63,977 bases of DNA, filler included, from Folioceros fuciformis (GCA_049999805.1; 18 parts of 18 records of this genome joined end to end with filler, not necessarily neighbours in it); one strand, 5' to 3'. Counted from the first letter of the whole stretch, positions 1-13,090 are shown. A program made the numbers and translations. Notes: generated by a model from the letters alone, not told the origin.

Positions 1-1764
1 AAGGCACCATTCCTTCACTTGGAAGGGCCCCAGTACCTTCCCCTACCGATTTCTACCTCCCTACACCCAACACCCCTTCCTCACAAGTCTCCTCACAACA
101 CCTTCCACAACGATCCAGCTGCTCGTCTCCCTACGTCCAAGGACCAACAAGTTTTTCCTTGGGCCAGTTGCTGCGTGCTTGCGCTTGTTAGCGAGAACTC
201 CCAGGAAGTCTTTCCCTGGAGTCTACCCTCAAGCCAACAACCACATAGGTATTGCCACACACCTACAGCAGCACAACAACCATTCACAAGGGAAGCAACT
301 TGCAGGGGTGCCCATGGAAGAATATGAGCCCTTCGCCAAGCACTTCGACCACTGCATATCTAGCCACAACCATGCGCTGTAATGGCACACAGCCGGCAAC
401 GAGATTTCTACGCTTTGCTGAGCATGAGAACTCACCATGAGAAGAGTGCAGAATGTGGTGGTTCATTTCTTTGTGTAGCCCCTCCTTATAGGAGAGATCG
501 ACACATGAACCCTCTCCTACATGTAGGTGGTGGGCTACCCTTCTCTCACACTAGGCGCCACCACTTTAACTACACACACCTACCAAGAGGCTAAGTCCTA
601 CCAATAATTGCTAGGGCAGTGCGCGCCGATGAAGATTAGGACTGTCGGTGCCGCCATAGAAGATTCGTTGACCCCCTTTTCAAAAAGGTGTGGCTAGGAG
701 GGCTCCTGAAGGGAGGTAGAGTCTGAAGACTATGCTAATGGGCCCCCCTCCATTATTGGGATTTGTCTTCTTTTGGTTCCACGAACTTCCACCGTATCTT
801 CCTCCGTGTGGATCTCTTGGGATATCCCTTTACCACCACCTACTAGTTTGGTAGGGGAGGGATCCCCTTGTTCCTCAACTTGAGTTCCTTCCCTACGTAG
901 GGTGGGAATGTTCCCTCCGTAGGTAGGGTGCCTATTGCTCCCTTCGTAGGTAGGGTCCCTACCATTCCTTCCCCTCCTCTCGGAGGTAGGTTCCCTACCC
1001 CTCCTCTCGTAGGTAGGTTGCCTATCACTAGGCGCCACCAACTTTAACTGCGCACACCTACCAAGAGGCTAAGTCCTACCAATAATTGCTAGGGTAGTGT
1101 GCACCGTTGAAGATTAGGACTGTCGATGCCGCCGTAGAAGATTTGTTGACCTCCTTTTCAAAAAGGTGTGGCTAGGATGGCTCCTAAAGGGAGGTAGAGT
1201 CTGAAGGTTGAGCTACTGAGCCCCCCTCCATTATTGGGATTCGTCTTCTTTTGGATCCACGACCTTCTGTGTGGATCTCTTTGGATATCTCTTCACCACC
1301 ACCTACAGGTTTGGTAGGGAAGGGATCCACTTGTTCTTCAACTTGAGGTTCCTTCCCTACGTAGGGTGAGGATGTCCCCTTCGAAGGTAGGGTCCCTGTT
1401 GCTCCCTTCGTAGGTAGGTTCCCTACCATTCCCACCCATTTTCGTAGGTAGACAACCTACCCATTGCCGTAGATGGGGTGTCTACCGTATAAGTACCTTC
1501 CCTACCTACATATCTTCCATTTTCCCCACGAAGGTACTCTCTCTACGTATGTAGGTAGACAACGTACTATGTAGGTATTTTCTTAGTCTAACCTACCAGA
1601 ATAGAACTGAAAAACTCCATAAAAACCTTCACTACCTGCTCACTACCTACCATGGGCACTTGCCCATAAACCTACCTTCCACAAGCCTCCCTTCGAACTA
1701 TTCTGAATAAAAAGAAACCAAGTTAGACTTTCCTAGACCGATTACCAAACTTTTCTGTTCCACA
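1..1764 (+). mobile_element. Copia-family LTR (3' or solo LTR, start missing) with an internal ~477-bp tandem duplication
   Basis: Reverse-complement match to the LTR at 21697-23047; ends ...TTCCACA at 1764 with no PBS after it; duplicated units start at 549 and 1026 (CACTAGGCGCCACC...). Confidence 0.8.
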
Positions 1765-1867
1765 CAACCTATGGACAGATCTTCACACTCTCAACTGCTA
1801 TAGCTATTACTGCCTACAGCCCCCTCACTCCAGGTACTGGAAACCACAAGTCAGAACCTGTAGGAGT
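1765..1867. repeat. Dispersed repeat fragment, also at ~44608-44706
   Basis: Shared GGACAGATCTT...TACTGCCTACAGCCCCCTCACTC...GGAAACCACAAGTCAGAACCTG; here it lies between an LTR end and a new TG-starting segment at 1868. Confidence 0.75.
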
Positions 1868-2772
1868 GTGGGGTTACAATATGGTACCCGAGGGTACCGC
1901 AAGGTCCACACAAGCCCTCTATGTCGTTGTAGCTCTGGGATTCGATCCCAAGGGAATGATTTGTGTTAAACTACACAGGTTAGCTTCTAAAGTCAGCTAA
2001 AACCTAAAGCTCGACTGACCCACACACACACGTCCAGTTCTCGGACCTTACCAAGCCCCCTTACTTCTTCCACCAGGCGACTCCCCTACCACCCGGTCGC
2101 TCCAGGGACTACCTCCCCCTGGACTACTCTTGGTTGCCCACTGGGCTACCCTCCATTCCCCAATGGACTACTACCGTTGTCTTTCAACTACCGGTAGCCG
2201 CTTCGGCTACCTCCGTGGTCTTTCAACTACCGGTAGCCGCTTCGGCTACCTCCATGGTGGGTCCCATCCCAAACCCTAACTAATTATTTCCGGCGCAGGC
2301 GCCGCCCCGGGTTTCCAGCCACGGGTTTCTGCCCTAGACCTTCCAGACTCACAGAGCTGGGTTATTCCATGCTCCCCACACATGCAAGGGTTGATCCTTG
2401 GGGAACAAAGCCTTGCGGATCAGCCACACCTCCCCACTCACTCATGCAACACTCCCCACACATACAAAACACACATAAGAGCTCTGGATCACAATTATTC
2501 TCGCAGGCCTACCCCCAAGGGCTTCAATCTTTAGCAATGCCCACCAATCTCCAACAAATCCTTCACAACTCCCCACAATCCCTCACAATCTCTCATGGGT
2601 CTCCATAGGCTTCCATAGCCGCTCACAAACACCTCGAAATCTCGCAGCAACTCTTTAGATCTCGCATCCAATCTTCAGCATTCCTCCTCCATTCTCCTGC
2701 AATCTTCTCAGCCGTTTTCTCCAGCTCTTCAACAATGTCTCCAGCAATCAGATTTAGCACGCAGCTGATGGT

Positions 2773-3175
2773 TCAGGGAATAAGGGAAGGAGGAAATCTC
2801 CCTCCACTCCAGCAGCAGTGGATTCGTCCCCCTCTTCTCAGCTACAGACAAAAATCAGTCCTCACTCTCTTCTTCTCAACTCCCTCCAGCTCCTCAACCT
2901 CCTTCTCCTCCTCTTCTTACTCACTCTTCTCATGCATTCTCCAACACTTCTTCTTCTCCACACACTCCTTTTCCTTCTCAACTCACACTCTTTTCAACTC
3001 CAGATTAAAAATGCAGTCAACCAACTCAGGGAATAAGGGAAGGAGAAGCTCTCCCTCCACTCCAGCAGCAGTGGATTCGTCCCCCTCACTTTCCAGTACA
3101 AACACAACTAGCCGTTCAGGGAATAAGGGAAGAAGGTGCTCCTTCCACTCCCGCAACGGTGGATTCGTCCCCCTC
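2773..3175. repeat. Three copies of a ~62-bp motif
   Basis: TCAGGGAATAAGGGAAG...CCACTCC...GTGGATTCGTCCCCCTC at 2773, 3026 and 3116. Confidence 0.85.
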
Positions 3176-3715
3176 ACTTTCAGCTGTGGAGCAAAAAATC
3201 CTCAACTACCCCTAGGAACGTCTCGCACTCACTGCCTCACCCAGACCTCTCTAGTCTCGCCATGGACAGCGCAGGGGATCTCAACTGGGAGGAGTCTCAA
3301 ATTTTTGCTAATCAGTGGGGCACCAATAGGCCCCTTTTGTACAAAGTTTCCAAGAGCGGGAGCCACAGCGCGTCATAAAGTCTAGCTCTAAAATAGTCAA
3401 CTTTTAAAAAAAAGTGCTCTTTATGGCAAGCGGCACCAGGTCAGAATAGCATCTTACCAAATCTTATCTAAATACTATTTTCAGATGCAACCACTCTTGG
3501 CTTACCTCAACGCCACTCTCTCTTCTCCTGTTTATTCTTCTGGCCTACCTTCCCCTGCCACACAAAATCTTCAGGCTCTCCCTCCTTACTGCTGATTGGG
3601 CAAATCCTTCCTCACTCCTGCTGCTGGTTGACCCATCCTGGCTGTCCACTCTCTGCCCTCCAAGGATACTGGTTGCCTCCTGTCACTCTGGCTGCAATTA
3701 TTGCTATTCCAGGCC

Positions 3716-3815
3716 NNNNNNNNNNNNNNNNNNNNNNNNNNNNNNNNNNNNNNNNNNNNTTAATTAATTAANNNNNNNNNNNNNNNNNNNNNNNNNNNNN
3801 NNNNNNNNNNNNNNN
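3716..3815. other. Artificial contig linker N44-TTAATTAATTAA-N44 (first of 17)
   Basis: Identical 100-bp units with stops in all six frames start at 3716, 6576, 8634, 10847, 12426, 20103, 26282, 28640, 30472, 35968, 39317, 41210, 44459, 46335, 48443, 53959 and 55809; flanking sequences are unrelated. Confidence 0.98.
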
Positions 3816-5127
3816 CCTTAATGTTCTCAAGGACTCGAGGGTCAGGGAGGCACTCGCTGCTTCCTCCTTCCTCCTTGTCCCGATCTCCAGTACACCCAAA
3901 CCCCGAAGCCCAAGGTGGACTTTGGGTATAAACACCCTGATCTTACTCGCTTACTAAGCTGATTCGCCTGTCCCTTCACAAAAAGAATCACAACCTGCTC
4001 ATTCCGTCGCTCAAAATGGGGATTCTGAATGTTTTTTTCGTTCACACCAAGCAATTACTTTGGGGTCGTAGAGTGGACTGGCTTTTACATGTAGTAGTGG
4101 ATGAAGTCAAAGTACACTTTTGGTATCATCCATAATGCAAGAAGGTAGGCTTTGTGAGAAATAGCAAGTTAGGACCAATGATAGAACACTCAATTGCTAA
4201 AGCTACGAAGATCCCAGATTCACAAGTCATAATTCCTACAAGTTCAGACAACGTTGCTTTTGTATTTCCATCAAATAAGCCACATGCTCAACCTTACATT
4301 GTCACCAATGCCAACACTTGCTCGACTGTATATAAGCATCAAGTTAAAGTCTTGATGTTGTGCCAACAATTGGTGCCAACACGTGCTCTTGTGGCTGCCT
4401 TGATCTAAAGGAAGACTACATCTTTTCTTCCTTTGGATATTGGAAATCACATATTTTCTGAAGACATTGACAGCGAGCCACAATTTGAAGAGGGGGTTGA
4501 TCATGTAAGAGGTGAAGAGCCTGAACATGATGGACTTGTGGTGGAGTCAGGACCACGAAACATGGTGGGCTCACAAAGGAGTTCAGAAGACACCCTAAAG
4601 ATGTTGTGGCTTAATCTCATTGCAATCGTGAAGTGAGGACCACTCTTGTGTGAGAACACATGTGAGGTCATGGGATTGCTAGTTTGGAACTTGGAGGGAA
4701 AGGAGGCTAACGAAGCTGGCCTTGGCTTGTCCTCTACACCTCACATTGTCATGCAAGAGTGGTGGATACATCATTGAGGAAAAAACGTCCATTCTTCGAG
4801 ACAAAATCAAGAAAAACGAAGCCGGCAGGTCGGGTTCTCTTAGGAGAATGCACCTCCAACATGCAATGGACATGACTTGAACGGAAAAAGAAAATGACCT
4901 TCACTGACTAGGCCTTAGGTAGAGACAAATTACAGTAGGTGTAAACTTGTACGCAAGTGGGGTGCACCTCAGTTCACTAGCTTGATATATTTGTCTAGAA
5001 CTAGTGGGGTAGCTATTACTACTACACTCAACATAAATTTCAATGTGAATCCAATTGCAAACATGTTCGAATTCATTACTTGTATAGCTTTCGAAATAAA
5101 TTCTCTGTCACTGTTGCATGCATCAAC

Positions 5128-5688
5128 CTACATTGGTGTAGCTACTAGACTTGTATGCAATTCTATGACATCCGAAATGCGTTGGTGTAGTGGTGTGCTT
5201 GGATTCACAACAAGCATGTCATGGAATAATTGTCGACGACCAATGGTTACTGCATTGTTAACCCTTATAAACAATTGCCTCCTATTTTTGGGATGGACAA
5301 TGTTGAACTTGCAGCAAAATCTCTATCCCACCAATTGATCAATGAGTGTAGTACCTTGACCGCTCATCTCCAATAGACTATATTTGGTAGAAGACCGGTG
5401 AAGGAAGTCTTGTGCAAAATCAAAAGCAACCACCAGTGTCTTTGCCGTGCCAGCCCCCACTATCTACTGAAAGCAAAATAGTAGCTTCCTTATTACAGAT
5501 TGCAAACCACAGCGGCCACATTTGCCAATACCTAGCTGTTTGTGGCAACTTGCACAACCCTTATATTGCACAAAGTCATTATTGTCGTATGATACTACTA
5601 CAACCATCACTTCGACAAATTGTAGCTCATCCCTAGCATCCCTTACTGCAATTACATCAGCTACAGTGGTAGTCTTGTGTGAAGACAT
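5128..5688 (-). pseudogene. RPA1 C-terminal-like OB-fold with C4 zinc ribbon (degenerate; possibly Helitron-borne)
   Basis: YKGCASCHKQL...KCGRCG, then after a frameshift near 5470 LSVDSGAGTAKTLVVAFDFAQDFL...LIDQLVG*RF; matches the RPA70 DBD-C pattern Y.AC..C.KK...C..C...L.V.D.TG...AF...A..L. Confidence 0.55.
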
Positions 5689-6675
5689 GCCTTAATCGAA
5701 CAAACGAACCTCCTTAGCGAACTACAACATATACAAAGCAATTTTTTGTGCGATTAAGCTAATGGCACACATTGTCGTGCTAGGGCAATGTTGTGATGAG
5801 TGAGTCCTGAGTCTGGCTAGCACCCACTTGAAGCTTGGGGTTCCAGGCTTGCACATTCAGCATTTGTACCTGTATCCTAATGCTGTTTCCCCACTACTCT
5901 CCAGATCACAAATTCCAGCACAATCGGCTGCAAGTGAGGACTGTCGTCCATGACTTGAAAATGAAAGATTCTGATTCGAAGAGATTGTAGCAAAACCTTG
6001 CAGCAATCTGGGTTTGAAAGGAGATGCGTGACACATGTAGCTTGGTGAGTCAGTAAGTTACGCCATGGACTGCAACACTTGAGTCAAAGACACTGAAAAC
6101 GTTCTTCATCCTAGCTCCCAATTCGAGAGAACACAAAAACATGGTTTGAGCTGCCTTCCCCCAATTACAGCGCTGCACGGCGCAACTTCAACAACTATCG
6201 ACTTCTGCCCTGGCTGCCCCTTTTGCCTAACGCCAGCCATCTTCATGATCCTGATGAAACCTAAGGGTGGTTAGGTGAAGAGTGTTAAAAAGAAGTGTGA
6301 AGAGTGTTTAGTATTTAGTTCAGCAATTATGCTATGTCTGCGTTTTCACATGATAGTGATGCTGAAATAGAGATAGAAGAAGATACAGTGCCTTATGTTA
6401 ATCCTACTAGAGCACATACCTCCAACATGGCAAACCCAGCACCTACGTCTGTTGCTATTTCATATGCACCTTAAATTCTATTTCATATGACACAGCCTTG
6501 TACCTGCTTCGAAGTGGCTTAACATCTTACATGTTAAGGCAGACTGTTGGAGCTGACACTGCTGAGGATGTGTGGNNNNNNNNNNNNNNNNNNNNNNNNN
6601 NNNNNNNNNNNNNNNNNNNTTAATTAATTAANNNNNNNNNNNNNNNNNNNNNNNNNNNNNNNNNNNNNNNNNNNN

Positions 6676-6946
6676 GTCGTTGTAGTGACTGGAGTGAGTT
6701 TGTGGGCACCGAGAGAGGTGCAGCTGACCGCCGGACAGCGAGGCCTGTCCTACGCCTGATCGGAGCTGGAGGGGAGCCCTCGAATCCGTCATCGAGTCGA
6801 TCAAGTCCGACCCTCCATCCACAGCAGCAAGGAACCCCATCGCTCCTTCGTGGGAACGAAACCCGATGTCTCAACGACAGTGGGATAAGTGTGGCCACTA
6901 AAGGTGGGACCCGTCGGCAATCAGTGCCCTGGGTTTTGCCTCCACA
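6676..6946 (+). mobile_element. LTR 3' end, family B copy 1
   Basis: Near-identical to 20643-20912 and the reverse complement of 38969-39238; all three end exactly at ...GCCTCCACA with different flanks. Confidence 0.75.
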
Positions 6947-8733
6947 GCAGACCATGCAGGCTGGATAGACCGGTGGCTGGAGGCAGGCCGGGATTCGAGG
7001 TCGGGGTGGATCAGCCAGGGGGGGTGACCACATCCGGGCTCAGCTAGGCTGCGGCAGGACGTGGGCTGATCCAGCTTGGTGTGGGTTAGACAGGTAGGGC
7101 GACGCTGGATCCGCTGGCCTGGCTGGTCGATCTAAAGCAAGCCAAGCTGCTGCAGGTGAACAGGGCAGGCGGGCTTGGAACCGACAGGTGATGGCGGGCT
7201 GCTGGAGCGCAGGCTGGAGCCGAGCTGGGCAGCTGAGTTGGTCGGAGTCGAGGGGAAGGCGTTGGCGGCTCAGGTTGGGTTCGGAGCTAGTCAAGCAGCT
7301 AGGCTCTCGTGAATCGATCAGTCGAGTTGGTTGTAGCAGCTCGGAGTCGGAACTAGGCCGAGTGGGCATCGGATCTAGCCAAGAGCGAGCCAGGGAAGTT
7401 GGTGGCTGGTGAAACGGCTAGCCACGGCTAGAGCCAGGCAACGTTCTGGCTGATCGGCTAGCTGGGGCCACTACAGGGGGTGCGGGCGAGCTGCAGGCGA
7501 TCCGAGTTTGGTAGACGGGCTAGGCGAGGGGGGGCTGGTGGATAGGTGCCGCCAACAGACAGGTAGCTTGGTAGGGGTGGAAATCAGGATGGGCAGGCAG
7601 CCCTCGGGCTGTTACACGCCGTGCTGCTAGCAAGTGGAGCGCTAGCCAGGTAGTCGCCTGCCGACTGAAGGGGCAGATCGGGACGTGGCGAGTTGGCTGC
7701 CCGATTCGGCAGCCAGGCCGGCGGCCCGGCCAATTGGCTAGCCGCGTTGGTTGTGGCTAGTCACGGCTGGAGGTAGGCAGCCTGCTCCGGCGCACGTAGG
7801 CAGCCCAGCCCGGTCTGGCTGCTAGTAGGCAGGCCGGCTTGCAGGGGCCAGCAGCGGCCCGGCTGTTGGGGCAAGGTAGGCGCCCCAACAACGCGGACAT
7901 AACCGGCAAGCAACCAGCAAGTGACCCTACAGGTAGATAGCCAGCAGGGGTTGGCGGGGCTGGTGGCTGGAGGGTTCAGCGGGCTAGCAGGGCTGGATCC
8001 CGAAGTCAAGCAGCCGCTTGGCGGCTGGCTGGCTAGGGAGAGTCCGGGCCGGGAGGGAAGGACTTATGGTTGGCAAGGGGCGCTTATGGATGGTCGACCC
8101 GGGCAGGTAGACCGGCTGGCAGCCTGGCGAGCTAGCAAGCCGGAGCCAAGCCACTGCAGGGGATGCGCAACCTGCCAGCGAGATGGATCATGGCCAGGCC
8201 GACTAGGCAGGGAGCAAGGTGCTACCTCACGACACGAATAGGCTGACAAATCCTGGCAGGCAGAAGGTCGGCCAACAGGCAGGTGCCTGGCGGATCGAGG
8301 CAGGTGCCTGGCCGAATCGCCAAGGCAGACTGTGCATCCAAGAAGGAGGGCAGGACAGATGGGCAGGACCCGGTCTCTCTGAGACGAATCAAGGTGGGGG
8401 CTGGCCAGATCCACGGAAGCAGGTAGTCGTGCATCAGGTGGGAGGAATCGAATTGGACCTGGACAGCAGGCTAGAGACTCATCGGCCCTCCTCTTCTGAA
8501 CGAAACCAGCCACATCCTCGCGTCTGAGCCAAAATTGGAGTCCTGTCTCACTAAGCACTATCAATGAAAGTGTGCAAATAGTTCTCCAAGTTGGCGAAGT
8601 GGGACCTGTGGAGGAAAGGTTGCTTGTCTCGGGNNNNNNNNNNNNNNNNNNNNNNNNNNNNNNNNNNNNNNNNNNNNTTAATTAATTAANNNNNNNNNNN
8701 NNNNNNNNNNNNNNNNNNNNNNNNNNNNNNNNN

Positions 8734-10846
8734 GGTTCACTTAGAGATTCCCAAAAAGAGAAATCCTACCATTTTCCAAGGACCTATTCAGCATGTGGAG
8801 TCCACATACTCCCCTTCTCATTTGTTGGCGTCCTTGCCAACTACTGATAATATTTCTTCACCCGCGAGCCATTAACCCTAGTTGGCAAGTTAGGGCCGTT
8901 GAGGTGCTGCAGTTGGATGGACCCATTCTCATACACTTGCAGCACCCTGTAAGGTCCCATCCATCTCAAGTGCAGCTTACCTGGAAAGTGCATGTACCTA
9001 TTGTCATATAACAAGGCTAAATCTCCAGGCACAACATTCTCTTGTTTACGCAACTTTTGGTCGTGCCACTTCTTCCTCCTCTCCTGAACATCAAGGAAAA
9101 CAGCCAAGGCCCGTTCCCTATCCTCATCATGCTGCACAAAACTGGTTAGCCTCTCCAGCTGGCTCTCCTCCACGGGCAATCGATTGCTCTTCTGCATTCT
9201 CAAGGTAGGTACCTCAAATTTGATGGGCATGATCGGTGAGTGTCCATAGGTGAGGTAATAAGCGATCTGCTGGGTAGTAACCTTCTCAACAGTCCTGAAT
9301 TGGTCCTAGAAAATCAATCCCCCACTTCTCAAATGGTGCTAGGGCTAGGATGGGGACCAATGGCCATTGTGTGATCCTAGTAGGCTTTCCCACCCTTTGG
9401 CATGCATCACACCTCTTGATGAATTCTCCAGCATCAGCATGCATTGTTGGCCACCAATACCCTGCTGCCAGAAATTTTCTACAGGTCACATGGGCTGCAT
9501 AATGGCCTCCAGCCTCTCCCTCATGTAGGGAGCTGATAACTTGCTCCACTTGGCCAGGTTTGACCCACAACCTCTCCACGCCATCAGCTCCTGTGCGATA
9601 CAGCTTGCCCTTGTACTTAACCACCAGCCTTGTGAAGTACAAGAATAGCCGCTGCTGCTGCCATGTGAGATCAACTGGAAATTCCCCCGTGCCTAAAAAA
9701 TCAGACACCTCTTGGTAGGAAGGCTTACGGGACCCTCTTCTCCCCTTCTCATTTGGTGCTGCACCTTCACCTCTTGGCAACCTAACATTTGGTTTGGCCC
9801 TCTCCTTCTCCACTAGGTCTGCTGAAAATGCCTCATCCGGAAAATCATCTTCTTGGTCCTGAACCACATTCCCCGTTTTCAGCCTAGATAGAAAATCAGC
9901 ATTCACATGCCTATGCCCTTCCCTTGTTTCCACAGTGAATGTGAACTCCTGCAAGAGCAAGATCCAGCGAGCTATGCGGCCCGATAGGTCTGCCTTGTTG
10001 ACCAGGTGCTTGAGAGCAAAATGATCAACATGGAAGACAAACTCATAGGAGAGGAGGTAGTGGCGGAATTTACGACAAGAGTAGACCATGCCAAGTGCCT
10101 CCCTCTCGGTTGTGGTGTACTTGCGTTCAGCCTCCGTAAGTTGACGTCCAGCATAGTAGATTGGGTAGTCCCTCCCCTTCTCATCCCGCTGGCTAAGGAC
10201 TGTCCCAATGGCAAAGGCTGAAACATCCACATACACATGGAATTTCTTGTCCCAATCAGGCCCCTTGAGTGTTGGTGCTGTCACAAGAGTGGTCCTCAAG
10301 TCCTGAAACGCAACCTCCCTCGCCGCTGTCCACTCCCAAGATTGCTCCTTCCTCAATAGGCCAGTCAAAGGGGCAGCCCGTCTAGCAAAATTTGGCACGA
10401 ATCGGCGGTAGTATCCCACCATCCCAAGGAATCCACGCAGCTCCTTCAGTGTGGCTGGGGCCCTCAAGGCAGCAATCACCTTCACCTTGTCCGGGTCCAC
10501 TTCAATGCCCCTTGCTGAAATTCTGTGACCTAGCAAGATCCCTTCAGCCATGCCAAAATAGCATTTCTCTGGATGCAAACAAAGTTGCGTCTCACGGCAC
10601 CTGGCCAAGCACAGCCTTAGGTGCTCCAGATGCTGCTCCACCCCTCCAGACACACAAAAATCATCTATGAACACCTCTAGGAAGTTGTGGAGGAAATCCT
10701 TGAAGATCTTGTACATGCTGCGCATAAAGGACCCCGGTGCTCTTGTCAGCCCAAAAGCACTCCTCTTGTAGGCGAATGTCCCCCAATCAGTTGTGAAGGC
10801 TGTCAATGGCCAGTCACTCTCCCTGAGGGACAGCTGATTGTAACCA
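8734..10846 (-). mobile_element. Ty3/gypsy (Athila/Tat-like non-chromovirus) pol fragment: RT, RNase H, integrase with core deleted, PPT, start of 3' LTR
   Basis: ORF 9286-10806 has FIDDF, RNase H (DVSAFAIG, YTTTEREAL, VDH, NADFLSR), integrase zinc finger (HEGEAGGH...CDACQ) and PFEKWGIDF; ORF 8841-9230 has GPY and RVNGSRVKKY; PPT GAGAAGGGGAG at ~8809-8819, then TG at 8806. Confidence 0.93.
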
Positions 10847-10946
10847 NNNNNNNNNNNNNNNNNNNNNNNNNNNNNNNNNNNNNNNNNNNNTTAATTAATT
10901 AANNNNNNNNNNNNNNNNNNNNNNNNNNNNNNNNNNNNNNNNNNNN

Positions 10947-12425
10947 GATCACCAATACCACCCTCTCTTCTCTCCTCTCCTCTCCTACACTTGTAGGTAG
11001 ACTGGAGCCGATCCTATTGACATGGTATCAGAGCCCGGTGCAGGCGGTGCAAGATCGGCGTAGGAGGTGCCGGCGTAGGAGGTGCTGCAAGAGGCAGCAA
11101 GAGTGCACACCAGAAGCTAGAGCAGCTACGAGAAGTTGGAGCAGCTTGGAGGGAGATCGGCAGCAAGAGAAGTTGGAGCAGCTTGGAGGGAGATCGGCAG
11201 CAAGCGTCCCGGCAGCTAACTCTCATATCGGTGTGTGCAGGAAGTGAGGAGAAGGGCGACAAGGCCCTGTCAGCTTACTGGACTAGCTGTTGATCCCCAG
11301 AGCTCTGTGGAAGGGCTGACAAGTGGAGGCAACAGCTGCAATAGCCTCAGCAGCTGCAAGAAAGTGTGCTAACCCTAGCTTGGCAGCAGGGAAGGAATTG
11401 ACAGGAAATCTCACGAGAGCTTTGTGGGCAGACAGTCAAGAGTCTGTGAGGACACGGAGCTTGAGACAATCTGGTTCACGCAAGGCAGCGTGATTCCGCA
11501 CCAGATTGCTCTTAGGAAGAAGAGACTTAACGTCTTGTGAGTAAAACTCCAGTCAGAAGCAGTCTGGTTCTTTCAGACATTTATGAGGTGTGAGTACTCA
11601 AGAAAGGATTGAGTGTCAACCTTGAGTGGTGGCAAGAATGGCCAGTGACAGTATTAACCAGATCGTACAGGAGAAGCTGGACAAAAACAACTTCCATGCC
11701 TGGAAGTTTCGTTTTACAAACTTTCTTATGGGAAAGGGTTATTGGGACTACATTGAGGGGGAGCATGAAAAACCCCCTGTAGTACTTGAACGGAATGCAA
11801 CAGCGGAGCAGATTAAGGCGCTGAAGGATTGGAGTCAAGGATCTCGGAAGGTCATGTATTGGCTGTCAATCAGCATTCATGACACCATGATTGGGCACAT
11901 ACAGGATGCAAAGTCGCCCAAAGAAGCATGGGATGAGTTGGTAAAACTCTATGAGACTAACACGAAGGCGAGAAAACTGCAGTTGAAGAATGACTTCAAC
12001 ACAGTTATGAAGAAGAACTTATCAATCAATGAGTACGCGTTAAAGATCAAAGGGATAGTGGAATCCCTTGCGTCCATTGGTGTCAGTGTGGAAGATGATG
12101 ACAAGGTCGAAGCTTGCTTGCGCGGGTTAACACCTGCCTACAAGCAGTTCAAGACTTCCATACATACTCGGGAAAACATTCCCAATTTCTCAGACCTGAT
12201 TTCTATGTTGATCATAGAGGAGAAAAACCTAGGCGAGGAATCATCCTCTAAGCCTAAGGAAAACTTTGAGCAGGCCTTCTACTCTGGCAGAGGCAGAGGT
12301 AGAGCCCAAGGTGGCAGAGGGCAAAGAGGTGGTAGAGGTCGGAATCCCTACCAAAATCAACAATAGAATCAGGAGTCCCAGTACAAGAGTACACGTGGAA
12401 GAGGAGAAAATTCTCGAGGCTGGGG
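10947..12425 (+). mobile_element. Ty1/copia 5' end: LTR end, tRNA-iMet PBS, gag
   Basis: ...GACA|TGGTATCAGAGCC at 11023-11035; gag from ATG 11638 (KLDKNNFHAWKF, EAWDEL, RG-rich tail) with an in-frame TAG at 12364. Confidence 0.92.
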
Positions 12426-13090
12426 NNNNNNNNNNNNNNNNNNNNNNNNNNNNNNNNNNNNNNNNNNNNTTAATTAATTAANNNNNNNNNNNNNNNNNNN
12501 NNNNNNNNNNNNNNNNNNNNNNNNNATTAAAAAAGAAAGAAAGATGGAAAGTCTCATCTACTCCAAAGATTGGAGAAACAACCCGAGCAAAGCCAAAGGC
12601 CAAAAAGTTCTAGCCCCTTCCAACAATGTAATGTAGGTTAAGAAATGTAGTGAACCTTTGATATTCTAAATAGCCTATAAAATGGGAAGTGCATTCATGA
12701 CTCGAGGCACATCACCTGACTATGTTCATAGCTTAATGAATCACAAACTAATTGATGAAACAACATCACTTCCAACAACAAAATCCCTAAATACTTATTG
12801 GTAGGGAGAGACAAACAATGCAAGGAACAACAAAACTCTAAGTCTAAGTAAATTAGATTGTGATTAAATAATCTATGCAAACACATGTCTTCTAGTTACA
12901 CATGGCATAGTTTCATATTACAAATGTGAGAAAGGGCCAAGCAAAGTGTCCGACACTTGCTAACATGCTTAGGCTAGACAACGCGAACCCCATCATTTTG
13001 GTGTAAAACCATCTCACTTGCACAAAGGACAATCTACCTACAAAGATATCTGGCCTTACATGAGCCCACCCTTATGTAGCCCTCTCTCCA

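Noticed and set aside
2735-3385. 216-aa Ser-rich ORF
   Set aside because: Arises from pyrimidine-rich low-complexity and repeated sequence; no recognisable domain.
3425-3439. Possible tRNA-Asp-type PBS on the minus strand (TGGTGCCGCTTGCC)
   Set aside because: Imperfect match and not preceded by a CA LTR end.
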